Assembly (NCBI RefSeq): GCF_004010195.1
Contig: NW_025215013.1
Coordinates: 16,137-58,655, forward strand
DNA: 42,519 nt
Direction: 5' to 3'
Origin: Chiloscyllium plagiosum
Taxonomy: Eukaryota
The translations under genes were made by a program, and so were the position numbers. This document shows, piece by piece, positions 12,561 through 24,899 of this stretch (the first letter of the stretch is position 1; the number at the start of each line of letters is the position of its first letter). Below the pieces are notes generated by a model. That model was given only the letters and a program-made list of their open reading frames with translations, searched no databases and was not told the origin of the DNA.

Positions 12561-14439
12561 TTTTTTTTGTTGGTCAGTAATGAAGGCAGAGCGTCAGTTT
12601 CGGCAGTGTCTCTTTTTTTTCACTGGTTTAGTAATTAGGAAGTCTCTCGTTGTCACAGGGTGAGAAATAAGGGTTTGCATTAGAGACAGGGAGTCAATAC
12701 TCACCCAGTCCCTCTTTGGAATGTAGTCAGAATTGTCAGATTCGGCACCAATGAATTGCAGCACTGTCAGAAGTTCGGTTCTGAGGGGGGGCCTCATTGT
12801 CAGCGTCTCAGGACTGAGGGAGTACCTGATTGTTAGAGAGTCAGACCCGAAGAAGTGCCAAATTTAAAGAAGGTCAGAACTGAGGATATACCTCACCATT
12901 CTTGAATCAGCACGGAGCGACCTCCTCAGCTCAATCACAGGGTAGATTCTGAGTGAGTTTCTCGTTGTCAGATGGTCAGTTACTAACAATTGATTACGTG
13001 TCTGAGTGTCAATAATAAGGCAGTGTCTCATTGTAAGGGAGTCAGAATTGAGAGTGCCACACATTTAAAGCGTCAGTTGTGAGGTACTGCAGCTCTGCCA
13101 GGAGGCCAGCGCTGAGGTTGTACTGTACTGCCAGAGGGTCAGTACTGGGGAAAGTGTTTTAGGATCAGACAGTAAATACTGAGAAGCTGCATCATTGCCA
13201 GAGACTGAGTTCTCAGAGTACATCATATTTTCAGAGTGTTTCTTCTGAGGCCGTGCCTCGATTTAATGGGGTAAGAATGGAAGGAGTGATGTATGATTAT
13301 CGGGTTGAGGACTAAGGTAAAGCAGCATTGGCATGGAGTCGGTTCTGAGGGAGGGCCTGCTTATCTGCGTGGGTGCCCTGAGGAAATGAATCCTTTTAAA
13401 GTTGTATCAAATGAGGATGGGTCTCGTGATTTGATCGTCAGTACTGGGAAATTGCAGATCTATCAGAGGGTCACTACTGAGTGGCTGCTATTTGTTCCAT
13501 GTTCACTTTTGAGGGAGAGCCTTATTATCCACATGGCAATGTTGGGAAAGGGAGTGCAGTATTGTCAGATGACCAGTGGGGTAATGAGGTCAGATTGATC
13601 TTGTGCCTCATGAATAAAGATCTGTACTGAGGTGCTGCAGATCTGTCAGAGAGACAGTTCTGAAGGAGGGCCACATTGTCAGAGGATCACGTTGAGCCGG
13701 TGCCTCATTTGAATTCGGTCAGAATTGAGGGAATGCCACATGTTTCTCGGATTAGTCCTGAGGTAGTGCAGCACTGTCTGCCAGTCAGTGGTGAGGGAAT
13801 GCCTCATTGTCAGAAGACAATGCTTCTTTGGCAGAGGGTGAGCACCCTTAGTGCTGACCCACAAACAGTGCTGCCCTAACTCAGTACTAACTCTCTGTCA
13901 GTGCAACACTCCCTCAGTAATGAGTTTCTGACAGTGCAGCACTCCCTCAGTACTGGCTCTCCAACAGAGCAGCACTCCTCAGTACTGACTTTTCGACAGT
14001 ACAGCAATCCCTCAGTACTGAAAATCCGACAGTGCAGAACTCCTTCATTACTGAGTCGAACACGCAGCTCTCCCTCAGTGGTGAACCACCGACAGTGCAG
14101 CACTCATTCAGTACTAGCTCTGACAGTGCAGCACCCTCTCCGTACTGACTCCGACAGTGCAGAACCCCCTCTCTGCTGACTCTCTGAGAGTGCAGCACTC
14201 CCTCAGTACCAATTCTCTTACAGTGAAGCACACCATCAGTTCTGAGTCTCTGAAACTGCAGCATCTCCTCAGTGCTGACACCAGACGCTGTGCCATCGTC
14301 AGAGGAACAGAACAGTAGGAATGTTTTATTTCGAGCGGATACGTACTGAGGAACTGCCTGATTGTGGAAGGGTCAATTCTAAGGTAGTTCCTGTTTTCCA
14401 GAGTGTCAGATCTGAGGTAGTGTAAAAGTCAGAGAATGT

Positions 14440-14790
14440 CGATAGCTTGGCTCAGTATTTAGCACTGCTGCCTCACAACGCCATGGACCGTATTTCAATT
14501 CCCGCCTCGGAAAACGATCGGTGTGGAGTTTGCACATTCTCGCCATGACTGCGTGGGTTTCTTCATGATTCTCCGGTTTCCTCTCATAATCCAAAGATGC
14601 ACTTTTGGTGAATTGGCCACCCTAAATTCCCCATATTGTTCATGGATCTATGGGATAGTTGCATTCATCACGGTTCGAAATAGAGTAATAGAGTAGGGAA
14701 ACGGTTCTCGATGGGTTACCCTTCGGAGAGTCTGTGTGGACTTTGTTGGGCCTCATGATCTGTTTCCACACTGAAAAGGATTCCATGAAT
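14440..14790 (+). mobile_element. tRNA-derived V-SINE (HE1-like)
   Basis: tRNA-like head (GGCTCAGTATTTAGCACTGCTGCCTCAC...TTCAATTCCC), V-domain GGAGTTTGCACATTCTC...GCGTGGGTTTC...CCGGTTTCCTC...CCAAAGATG, and a LINE-like tail. Confidence 0.85.
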
Positions 14791-14929
14791 ATTGAGTCAC
14801 TGCCTCATTCTAAGAGTGTCAGAGGGAGCTAAACAATTATAAGGTCCGCACAAGGGATCTATCTCATTGTCTGATGCTCAATACTGTGGCACTGCCTCTG
14901 TACTAGTGTCACACTGAGGCAGTGTCACC

Positions 14930-16137
14930 GGGGACCCAGAGGATTTGGTGTAACGAGAATTCGAAAAGTCATTCGACAAGGTGCCGCAGGTGAGACTGCT
15001 GCAGAAGATAAATATGCATGGTTCTAGGGGTAGAGTATTAGCGTGGATAGAAGATTGGTTTACTGACAGGAAGCAAAGAGTGGGATAATGTGTGCTATTC
15101 TGGCCAGAAATCTGTGACGAGTGCTGTGCCTCAGGGATCAGTGCTGGGACCACAATTATTTACAAATTATATCGATGATTTGGAATTAGGTATCACATGT
15201 AAAAATTTGCCGATGACACGAAGATGAGTGATAAGGAAAGTGTGCAGAAGACTGTGAATCTTTTGCAGAGGAACATAGATACGTTGAGTGAGGAGGCAAA
15301 TGGAATACAATTTTTGTAAATGCGAATTCATACATTTTGGTAGGAGTAACAGCAAAATAAATTAGTACGCGAATGGTAAACGTTGTAACATACTGTTACG
15401 CAGCGGGACCTGGGTGTTTTTGTGCATAACACACAGGAGGTTGGTCGGGAGGTGCAACAAGTAATTTGGAAGGCAAATAGAATTTTGGCCTTCATTTATG
15501 AGAGGGGTTGAGTTTAAATGCAGAGAGGTAATCTTTAGCTGTACATTGTGCTGGTGAGGACTCAGCTGGAGTGGTGTGTGCAGATTTGGTCTACTTATTT
15601 ATGATAAAAGGTACTGGCACTGGTGGGGGTGCAAAGGAGGTTCATTAAGTTGATTCAGGAGTTGAGTGGTTTAGTTTATGAGGAGAGGCTGAGAAGATTG
15701 GGATTATCCTCATTGGAATTCAGAAGAATTAGGTGGAATCTTATAGAAGCATATAAAATTATGAAGGGAGTGGATAAAATAGAAATTGATAATAGGTTTC
15801 CACTGATGAGTGAAACTAGGACGAGAGGGCAAAGCCTCACGATTAGAAGAAGCAGGTTTTGAACTGAACTGAGAAAGAACATCTTCACCCAGAGGCTTGT
15901 TAATCTATCTAATTCCTTGCCCAGGAAATTAGTTGCCACTACTGCAGTAATTACTTTTAAAGGTAAGGTACATACTTTGTTTGGAAAATAATGGAATTCA
16001 GTCTTATGCTAAAAAAGAAACTCAGTTAAGTGGAGATGAGTCCACAAAAATGATTAGCCATGACCTTATTGAGTGGTGAAACAGGGTCGAAGGGCCAGAC
16101 CTGCTACTGCAACGACTAGATCTTATGTTCTTATGTT
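14930..16137 (+). mobile_element. 5'-truncated CR1 LINE (RT to 3' end)
   Basis: FDKVP (TTCGACAAGGTGCCG), QGSVLGP, KFADDTK and GVQRRFIKLI..YEERLRRLGL (ORF 15623-15862), ending in a CTTATGTTCTTATGTT microsatellite tail. Confidence 0.9.
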
Positions 16138-16139
16138 TC

Positions 16140-16445
16140 AATTGGAGAGTCTGGACTGATTTGCTGCATTTTAGTTCTGTCAGTTGGTCATCACTGAAGG
16201 ATTTTCTCATTGCCAAGGCGCGAGCATTGAGTTATTGAAGCACTGTCAGAACACCGGTACTCAGGCATTGCAACACAATCAGAGAATCTAAGCTGTGGCA
16301 CTGCATAATTGCCAGATATCAATACTGAGGCAATGCCACATTGTAAGAGTGTCAGCATTCACCGAGTGCCAAACGATTACGTGTTCAGTACTAGGATGTC
16401 ACATCAATATCAACAACTCAATTGTAGGTCAATGCCACATTGTCA
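16140..16445. repeat. 33-bp minisatellite, continued
   Basis: Units such as GCACTGTCAGAACACCGGTACTCAGG and ACTGAGGCAATGCCACATTGT. Confidence 0.7.
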
Positions 16446-18181
16446 ATAGGCAATAGACAATAGGTGCAGGAGTAGGCCATTCTGCCCTTCGAGCCTGTGC
16501 CACCAATCAATATGATCATGGCTGATCATCCTTAATAAGTATCCTGTTCCTGCCTTATCTCCATAACCCTTGATTCCACTATCCTTGAGATCTCTATCCA
16601 ACACTTTTTTAAATGAATCCAGAGACTGGGCTTCCACTGCCCTCTGGGGAAGAGGATTCCACACAGCCACCACTCTCTGGGTGAAGAGGTTTCTTCTCAT
16701 CTCTGTCCTAAATGGTCTACCCCTTATTTTTAAGCTGAGTCCTCTGATTCGGCACACACCCATCAGCTGAAACATGTTTCCTGCCGCCAGAGTGTCCAAA
16801 CCTTTAATAATCTTATATGTCTCAATCAGATCCCTTCTCAGTCTTCTAAACTCAAGGGTATACAAGCCCAGTCGCTCAAGTTTTTCAGTGTAAGGTAATC
16901 GCGCCATTCCAGGAATTGACCTCGTGAACTTACGCTGCACTCCCTCAATAGCCAGAATGTCTTTCATCAAATTTGGAGACCAGAACTGCACACAGTACTC
17001 CAGGTGTGGTCTCATCAGGGCTCTGTACAGCTGCAGAAGAACCTCTTTGCTTCTATACTCAATCCCTCTTGATATGAACGCCAGCATGCTATTCGCCTTC
17101 TTCACTATCTGCTGTACCTGCATGCTTACCTTCATTGACTGGTGTACAAGAACACCCAGATCTCTCTGTACTGCCCCTTTACCTAAATTCATTTCATTTA
17201 GGTAGTATTCTGCCTTCCTGTTCTTGCCACCAAAGTGAATAATCTTACATGTATCCGCATTAAACTGCATCTGCCAGGCAGCTGACCACTCATCTAACTT
17301 GTCCAGGTCATCCTGTAATCTCCTAATGTCCTCATCAGATTTCACCCTGCCATCCAGCTTAGTATCATCAGCAAATTTGCTAATGTTATTTCTCATACCA
17401 TGTTCTATAGCATCAACGGAAATTGTAAAAAGCTGCGGTCCAAGTACTGATCGCTGCGGTGCCCCAATGGTCACTGCCTGCCATTCCGAAATGGAGCTGT
17501 TTGTCACTACTCTTTGTTTCCTATCAGCCAACCAACTTTCAATCCAAGTTAGTACTTTGGCCCCAATACCATGCGCCCTAAATCTGCTCACTAATCTCCT
17601 ATGTGGGACTTTATCAAAAGCTTTCTGAATGTCCAGGTACACCACATCTACTGGATCTTCCTCATCCATCTTCAGAGTTACATCCACAAAAAATTCCAGA
17701 AGATTAGTCAAGCATGATTTCCCCTTCATAAATCCATGCTGACTCTGACCTATCCTGTTACTAATATCTAGATTGTCGTAATTTAATCTTTTGTAATAGA
17801 CTCCAGCATTTTTCCCAACACTGAGGTCAGACTAATTGGTGTATAATTTCCTGCTTTCTCTCTCCCACCTTTCTTAAAAAGTGGTATAACAATAGCCACC
17901 CTCCAACCCGCAGGAACTGATCCCGAATCTATCGAACTCTGGAAAATAATCACCAATGCTTCCACGATTTCTCGAGCCACCTCCATCAGTACCCTGGGAT
18001 GTAGACCATCAGTCCCTGGGGACTTATCAACCTTCAGACCTAACAGTTTCTCCAACACCAAATCCTGGCAAATATAAATTCCCTTAAGTTCAGGTCCTTC
18101 AGCCACAGTTACCTCAGGGATATTACTTGTGTCTTCCCCAGTGAACACAGATCTGAAATGCCAATTCGATTCTTCTGCCAT
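16443..18181 (-). pseudogene. CR1 ORF2 reverse transcriptase region
   Basis: KSPGTDGLHPRVL, GKSCLTNLLEFF, YLDIQKAFDKVPH, SVLGPQLF, KFADDTKL and RPHLEYCVQFW. Split into ORFs 17783-18181 and 16443-17729. Confidence 0.95.
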
Positions 18182-18592
18182 TTCTTTGTTCCCCGTAATA
18201 TATTCTGCTGTTTCTGTCTTCTAGGGCCCAATTTTAATCTTCACCATGTTTTTGCTTTTCACACACCTAAAAAAGCGTTTACTATCCTCCTTTATATTAT
18301 TGGCCAGTTTATCTCCGTACCTCATTTTTTCTCTGCGAATTTACTTCTTAGTAATCCTCTGTTGTTCGTTAAAAGCTTCCCACTCCTCCATTTTCGCACT
18401 TATCTTTGCTATGTTATACTTTTTCTCTTTTAACTTTGTATGTTTCTTAACTTCCCTCGTCAGTCACGGCCACCCATGCCTCCTCCTAGGATCTTTCTTC
18501 TTTTTTGGAATGAACTGATCCTGCAACTTCTGCATTATACACAGAAATATCCGCCATGGTTCCACCACTGTCATCCCTACTGAGGTATTGCA

Positions 18593-19340
18593 TCATTGAA
18601 GTTTGGCCAGCTCCTCCCTTATAGCTCCATAGTTCCCTTTATTCAACAGAAATATTGTCACTTCCGATTGTACCCTCTCCCTCTCAAATTGCAGATTGAA
18701 GCTTATTGTATTTTGGTCAATACTTCCCAATGGCTCCTTCACTTCGAGGTCCCTGACCAATTCTGGTTCGTTGCACAATACCAGATCAAGAAATACCTTC
18801 TCCCTGGTCGGGTCCAGCACCAGCTGTTCTCAGAATCCATCTCGGAGGCACTCCACAACGTCTCTTTCATGAGGTCCAATACCATTCTGATTCTCCCAGT
18901 CTACTTGCATGTTGAAATCCCCCACAACAACTGTGGTAACATCTTTGCGACAGGCCAATTTCAGTTCCTGATTCAACTTACATCCGACATCCAGACTACT
19001 GTTTGGGGGCCTATAGATGACTCCCAAAAAGGGTTTTTTACCCTTAGTATTTCTCAGCTCTATCCACACTGACTCTACATCCCCTGATTCTAGGTCAACC
19101 TGCGCAAGGGACTGAATATCATCCCTTACCATCATGGCCACCCCACCCCCTCTGCCGGTCAGTCTGTCCTTACGATAGCACGTGTAGCCTTGAATATTCA
19201 TTTCCCAGGCCCTATCCAATTGAAGCCAAGTCTCAGTTATCCCCACAGCATCGTATCTGCCAATTTTCCAAAAGAGACTCAAGCTCATCCATCTTATTTC
19301 TAATACTTCGTGCATTCATATATACTATTTTTAATTTGTT
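18593..19340 (-). pseudogene. CR1 ORF2 apurinic-like endonuclease domain
   Basis: GITETWL, GGGVA, IYRPPN, VVGDFN, PTR...LDLVL and SIDQN (a decayed SDH motif). Broken into two ORFs. Confidence 0.92.
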
Positions 19341-19398
19341 ACTGCCCTCACGCTTTCCTTCAACTCCTATTTCACTCAACCTTACAGCATGGTCCATC

Positions 19399-20097
19399 TT
19401 AGTTTAAACTTAGCTGTGTTGCAGTAGCAAACTTGCCTGCCAGAATGCTGGTCCCTAACCTATTAAGGGCCAAACCGTCTCTCTTGTAGAATTTAAGCTT
19501 ACCACAAAACATACCCCAGTGATCCAAGAATTTAAATCCTGACTTCCTGCACCAGTTCCCCTTCCACACGTTCAAGTCCATTTTCTCCCTGTTTCTGGCC
19601 TCACCAGCCCGAAGAACTGGAAGCAAACCGGGAATAACCACCCTGGACGTCCTGCTTTTCAGTCTTCTTCTTAGTTCTCCGAGGTCCCGGCTGTAGTATG
19701 TTCCTCCTCCTCTTCCCGACATCATTTTTGCCGATATGTACCAACACCTCTCGCTCTTCACCTTCATCATTGAGGATTTCCTGCACTCTGTCTGTGATGT
19801 TTTTAACGCTGGCACCAGGAAGGCACACACCATCCTTAAGTCCCGTCTGCTGCCACAAAAACCACGGTGAGTTCCTCTCACTATGGAGTCCCCTTTTCCC
19901 ATGGCTCTGTGCGATGTCCGACTCGTCCACTCTGCCTCTGCGCCAACCTTTGATTGACAGACCTGGTCGCCTCGCGGACTGGCAGTGTCATCTGTATCTA
20001 CTGTTTCCAAAAGTTTCAACTTGTTCCTGACAGATGCTTCCCCCCGGAAGTCTTGCACCTGTCTGCTCTCTGCCTTCCCCATTCTAATAACAATCAC
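19399..20097 (-). pseudogene. CR1 ORF1 with SGNH/GDSL esterase domain (frameshifted)
   Basis: GDSIVR, LPGA, HIGKND and DGLALN (decayed DGLHLN), distributed over ORFs 19399-20097 and 19601-19930. Confidence 0.88.
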
Positions 20098-20199
20098 TTA
20101 CCTTCCCGACCGGCTTTGCGCTCTGCCTTCACTTCCGCCCAGCTCCCGCCGCTCTCTGATGCGAAAAGACCGTTAGCGTCGAGGTAAGTTCTTAAATAA

Positions 20200-20850
20200 T
20201 GTCAGATGGTCATTACGAACAATGCCTCTTTGTAGACTGACGATAGTGAGGCATTGCTCTATTTTAAGAGGATCAGAACTGAGGATATGTCACATGTTTC
20301 GAGCATTAGTCCTGCGGCAGACTGAAGAAGATCAAAACTGTGGGAGCAATTCCCTCAGAACTAGGCATTTCCTCAGGACTGAGCATCTGGCTAACTACTA
20401 TTACATAATGATCAGCGTGTCAATATTGAGAGAGTGCCTTATTGTTAGGTTTCTTCCCAAGGGAGTGCCTTATTTTCAGATAATCCATTAGATGGCATTG
20501 CCTCTGATATGAGGTCAAAAATGACGGAATGCTTCATGATTAACGACCAATACTGCGCTGTTGCAGCACTGTATTCTGAGGCACCTTCAGTCCTGGTTGT
20601 CTAACTGCGCTGGACTATCAGTACTTGCCCATCATCAATTCTGATCATCATGCAGTGAGGCACTACGTCAGAATTGAATCTCTGACAAAAAGGCTTTGCC
20701 TCAGTGTTGATCGCAGGACAAAGAGGAACTCCCTCAGGGAGTTCTCCTGTCTGATAGTTCTTCAACATCTCGGTATTGACCCACGAATTGTGAAGCACAC
20801 TTTCAAAGTAGACTCCTAAGTTTCGAGGCACTGCCTCAAGATTGGTGCAG
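20200..20850. repeat. 33-bp minisatellite, continued (orientation flips near 20590)
   Basis: GAGAGTGCCTTATTGT-type units first, then ACTCCCTCAG / GCACTGCCTCA-type units. Confidence 0.7.
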
Positions 20851-20929
20851 TGCAGCAGTAAATAGGTAGATTGGTGCAGTGTACCAATACGTTCTTTTTG
20901 AGTTTTGATATAGGGCTTGCCAAAAATAG

Positions 20930-22680
20930 AGAATTCTGTCAGCGGACTGCTGCATGGTAGCATTGTTGCAGGGAAAACTCAAGGGAAGAACTGGTGCACA
21001 GTCGAACTAAGTTATAGAATTGAGGCATGGCGCCAATTAAATGGAAGAATTAGAGGAGAGCACCCAGAAACGTAGATTTGGGCTAGGACATTATTAACTG
21101 TGAGAATGGTTGACAGGGTAACTGTAAGTGGGAGAATTTTTGGGCATCAGTAAATATGAGATTTATTGCACAGTGCCAGTACATTAGAAAATTGTTGCGG
21201 ATTGCAGAGTAATTAAACAATTGCAGCAGAGCACGTTAAATAGGAGAATAGGCACAAGGAGTCAGTTAAATAAGAGAGAAATGTTGCAGCATCAGTAAAC
21301 TGGAAATTCGGTTCAGCTCACAACGAAATGAAACAAAAAGTGTGTCAGGCAACAACTAAATGGGAGAATTGATATGGGGTTCGAATTATTGGAAATTTGG
21401 TGCCGGGGCCAATAAATTAGAGAATTAACGGCTCTGCCACTAAATTAGAGAATTGGTGCACTGAGTCGGAGAACGAGGGCACGATAATGCATAGTTGGCG
21501 AGTTACTGTCAGAAGAAAGATTTGTGAATAATTGGCAATTTGGAGAATTGATGCAGGAAAGCAGAGCCCTAACTGGGAGAATTGCTGCAGGAACTAATAA
21601 ATGGAATAACTGCACAGCAGAACTAGAAAATTGCGGTATTGCACCTCTAAAATAAGGAATTACATGTGGCACTCCCCAATGTGAGAATTGGGCGAGGGTA
21701 TCAGTAAACATGACACTTGATGCCGGGCAACACTGAGTAGAGAACTTACTCAGAGCATCGCCAAATGGGATATTTCATATCAGACAACAACGAATTGGAG
21801 AAATTGGCGCAGGGTATCAGTAAAAGGGACATTTCGTATTGGACAACAATGAATTGTAAAATTGGTGCAGGACATCAGTAAAAGAGAGCATTTGTGCAAG
21901 GGGGCAGCAGTTTAGCGATTTCGAGCAGGGCATGTGCAAATGTGAGAACAATGGCCAGGAATCACTAAATAGGACAAGTACTGTGATGGAGTAGTAAAGT
22001 GGAGATTCGCTGTAATGCACCACTAAATGAGCAATTGTTAGGGGGCACCATTTTGGGGAAATGATTGTCAGGGAACAACGAAATGGAAGAATTGGGGCAA
22101 AACAATATTCAGTGGGAGAGTTGGTGCAGTTCGCCACTGAAGGCAGAATTTTTGCAGGATTGGTAATTTGGAGATTTGATGCAGGAAACAGCAACATTAA
22201 AGAATTCCGGCGGCAGACCACTAAATGGGAGAATTGCTGCAGCGAAATACAACATAGAATATATAGTGCAGAGTGGAACTAAATGAGAGAGAGGGGGAAT
22301 TAAAGTAGGGCACATCTAAATGGGAGAATTGGGCTACGGTGTCAGTAAATGAAAAAAAAACAGTGCAGGATTATGAGTAAATAGGAGAATTTGTGGGCAT
22401 CAGTAAATGGGAGATTCGGTGCACTGCGCCATTACATTAGAAAAAAAACGGTAGCAGTGCCAATAAATTAAAGAATTGGAGCAGAGCAGGTCTAAATGTA
22501 AGAATAGGCGTACAGAATCAATAAAAAGGAGAAATGTTGTCAAATACAATAAACTGGAGTTTTGGTTCAGTTCACTATTAAATGAACAAACGTAATTAGG
22601 GAACCAATATGTGCAAGAAGTGTGTCAGAGAACAGTTAAGTGGACATCAATAATTGTAGAATTGCAGGAGCATGTGAGAG
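20930..22680 (+). repeat. Degenerate ~29 bp minisatellite (consensus about GCAGGGCATCAGTAAATGGGAGAATTGGT)
   Basis: Recurrent TAAATGGGAGAATT cores at about 29 bp spacing, e.g. 21809-21925. Confidence 0.85.
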
Positions 22681-22754
22681 ATAGCTTGTGGGTACGCAAA
22701 TGAGAGAGGGTGTGTGTGCATGCACGAGTGAGAGCATGTGCATGCAGGACTCAC

Positions 22755-24180
22755 ACACTTAATAGTGGTGTCCTAGGAAGTGCTGCCAAACAGAGAGTTA
22801 AGGCGTGCAGGTACAAAGTTCTTTGAAACTGCCGTCACGGGTAAGCAGGATGGTGAAGAAGACTTTTTGAACGCTTGCCTTCATCGGTCAGAGCGCTGAG
22901 TCCAGGAGTTTGGGCGTCATGTTACAGCTGCACAAGACATTGCTGAGGTTGCATTTGGAGCACGACATACTATTCTGTTCGTAATGCTATACGAAGGATG
23001 TTATTCAACTGCAAAAAGGTGGAAAATAGGTTTACAAGGCTGTTTTCCAGACTGGAAAGCTTGAGTTCTCAGAAGAGGCTGGGACTCTTATTTTCCGAGA
23101 CCACAGTCGTGACCGGACAGACGGTCAGAAAATTATGAAGTGCATACGTTTATGATGAGATGGAAAAGATTTAAATGTGACCTGAGACGTAACTGTGCAA
23201 CACAGAGCGTGGTGTGAATATGGAAGGATCTTTTAGAGGAATTGACAGAGGTGAGTAGAATTACAAAGTTTAAAAGACATTAGATATATGTGAGGGAAGA
23301 AGAGTGGAAATGGGAACTGGCTCAGGTTAGGAAAAGTGGTTGGCGTGGTCCTATTTCCACGATGTATTATCGATCTAGATGGAGGAACTGAGGGAGTTCT
23401 GGGTAAATTTACAGATGGTAGAAACATAGTTAGATGGACAGGTAGCACTGAGGAGGCAGGGATGCTGCAGAAATATTTTACAGGTTATGAGAGGTTAGGG
23501 TTACGGTTAGGGTTAGGTTATGAGAGGGGGCGAAAAAATGGCAGGTCGAGTAGAAAATGGAAAAATGTGAGGAATGCACTTTTGTGTGAGGAATAGTAGC
23601 ATGGACTATTTTGTAAATGAGCAGAATATTCAGAAGTCTGAAGTGCAAAGAGATTTGGGTGTTCCCGTTCTGGATTATCTCAAAGTAATCCTGCAACTTG
23701 GGTTATGAGTTCGGTAGGCACGTATTTTGAAAGGGATGAATTTCTAAGGCTGCAAACTGCTCTGGTCTGGCCACATTTGGAGTGCTGTGTACCATAACGC
23801 GGGAAGGATGTGCTAGACCTGGAACGTGCTCAGAGGAGGTTCACAAATGATGCCAGGAATGAAAAGCTTGACATATTAGGAATGTGTTTGAACTCTGGGT
23901 CTACACTCGATGAAGCTTAGAAAATCTGAAGACTTTGTTTTTTGAACAGAGTTAAGGAAAATCTTCTGAAGCCGGAAAGTAGTGAATGGATGGATTTCTC
24001 TGCCACAAAAGACTGTGGAACCTACGTCACTGAGTATGTTGAAGATGGAGATAGATCTGTTGCTGATTGTAAACGGGATCAAGGGTTAAGGGAGAAAGAG
24101 GGTGAATGGGGTAAGAAACCTATCAGACATGAATAAATGGTGAAGCAGATCCGATGGAAAATTTCTTTTCCTATCTCCTT
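22755..24180 (+). mobile_element. Two degraded CR1 3' fragments
   Basis: GGTAAATTTACAGATG (KFAD-like), CTGGTCTGGCCACATTTGGAGTGC (LVxPHLE), CAGAGGAGGTTCACA (QRRFT) and CR1-type 3' UTRs. Confidence 0.75.
23495..23519 (+). repeat. Short interstitial telomeric repeat (TTAGGG)n
   Basis: TTAGGG TTACGG TTAGGG TTAGG, flanked by the direct repeat AGGTTATGAGAGG at 23482-23494 and 23515-23527. Confidence 0.7.
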
Positions 24181-24185
24181 CTCTC

Positions 24186-24365
24186 TGACGTCACATTCAC
24201 CTCCAGAAGAATGTTCCGAACTGGGACCTCACCTTTTTATTTGTCGCAAATGAGTGATCGACAGCTAGTCTGACCAATGGAAGCTGGATACTGGGCTAAG
24301 ACTCGCCCTAAGGTTGGGCGCGGAGTCTGGAGGGCAGCGGGGCCTTGCTCTGCACTCGGGCGTCA
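24186..24365 (+). promoter_or_regulatory. Promoter-like motif cluster (CRE, CCAAT, GC-rich box)
   Basis: TGACGTCA at 24186-24193, CCAAT at 24274-24278 and GGGCGCGGAG at 24316-24325, with locally raised CpG content in apparently non-TE sequence. Confidence 0.35.
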
Positions 24366-24899
24366 TTTAATCCCAGAACCAGCAGAATGTCCATGAATTT
24401 TCTCCGATATTTCAGCTGTCACGGAGGGAGTGTTTATTTTAAATACTTCCTGCGAAGTTAAGAGAACGGCTTCGAATTAATCAACAAAGTATTAATTTTC
24501 AGATACACTGAGAAGGATCAATCTTGGTCTCCTCTGCAGTGAAATCAGACGGGGTGAGAAAGAGGAAGTGGTTTGAAAGCTGTGTCCAAACTGCATTTGC
24601 AGGATTCCAGGCAAGGAGCTTCGGAATTTGACAGAAACTTTCACAGGTGTGTTATCTGAACCCATGTCCTGGGAACATTAGCTGGGTGTTGTAGGCTGCT
24701 TGTCTTCGTCTCCAGCTTGATCGCCTACATTCGAGGATCTAAGTTATACGAATGTAGATATTGTGGCCAGGATTATCCAAATTTATCTTGAGTCTGGAGC
24801 GGATTGGATGATACCAAATGGAGCACAGCAGCTCAATAAATAAAGGAAAAGAGAACAGGAAACATACAGGCATGAGATTAGTCATCAGAAAAATGCCGG

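Larger units (their letters stand above)
11560..14930. repeat. Degenerate ~33 bp minisatellite (consensus about ACAGTGCAGCACTCCCTCAGTACTGACnCTCTG) with orientation switches
   Basis: Best-preserved units are at 13850-14290. Reverse-complement units (CTGAGGGAGTGC...TTGTCAGA) lie at about 12000-13850 and 14290-14930, interrupted by SINEs. Confidence 0.85.
16443..20199 (-). mobile_element. Near full-length CR1-clade LINE (ORF1 esterase, ORF2 APE + RT), frameshifted
   Basis: Colinear ORF1, endonuclease and RT on the minus strand. The 3' tail is 7-bp repeats (CAATAGG/CAATAGA on the + strand) and TGTCA occurs at both junctions. Confidence 0.95.

Noticed and set aside
13850..14290. CRISPR-like array (conserved ~25 nt plus variable ~8 nt)
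   Set aside because: The variable parts are too short and related to each other, there are no cas genes and the context is vertebrate. It is a minisatellite.
13676..14296. Overlapping Cys/His-rich ORFs
   Set aside because: By-products of a 33-bp (11-codon) repeat, open on both strands, with no zinc-finger spacing.
14440..14510. tRNA gene
   Set aside because: It is the tRNA-derived head of a SINE, with no complete cloverleaf.
11560..20850. CACAGTG/CACTGTG-like V(D)J recombination signals
   Set aside because: Similar words are part of the repeat unit, and no correctly spaced nonamers or V/J segments were seen.
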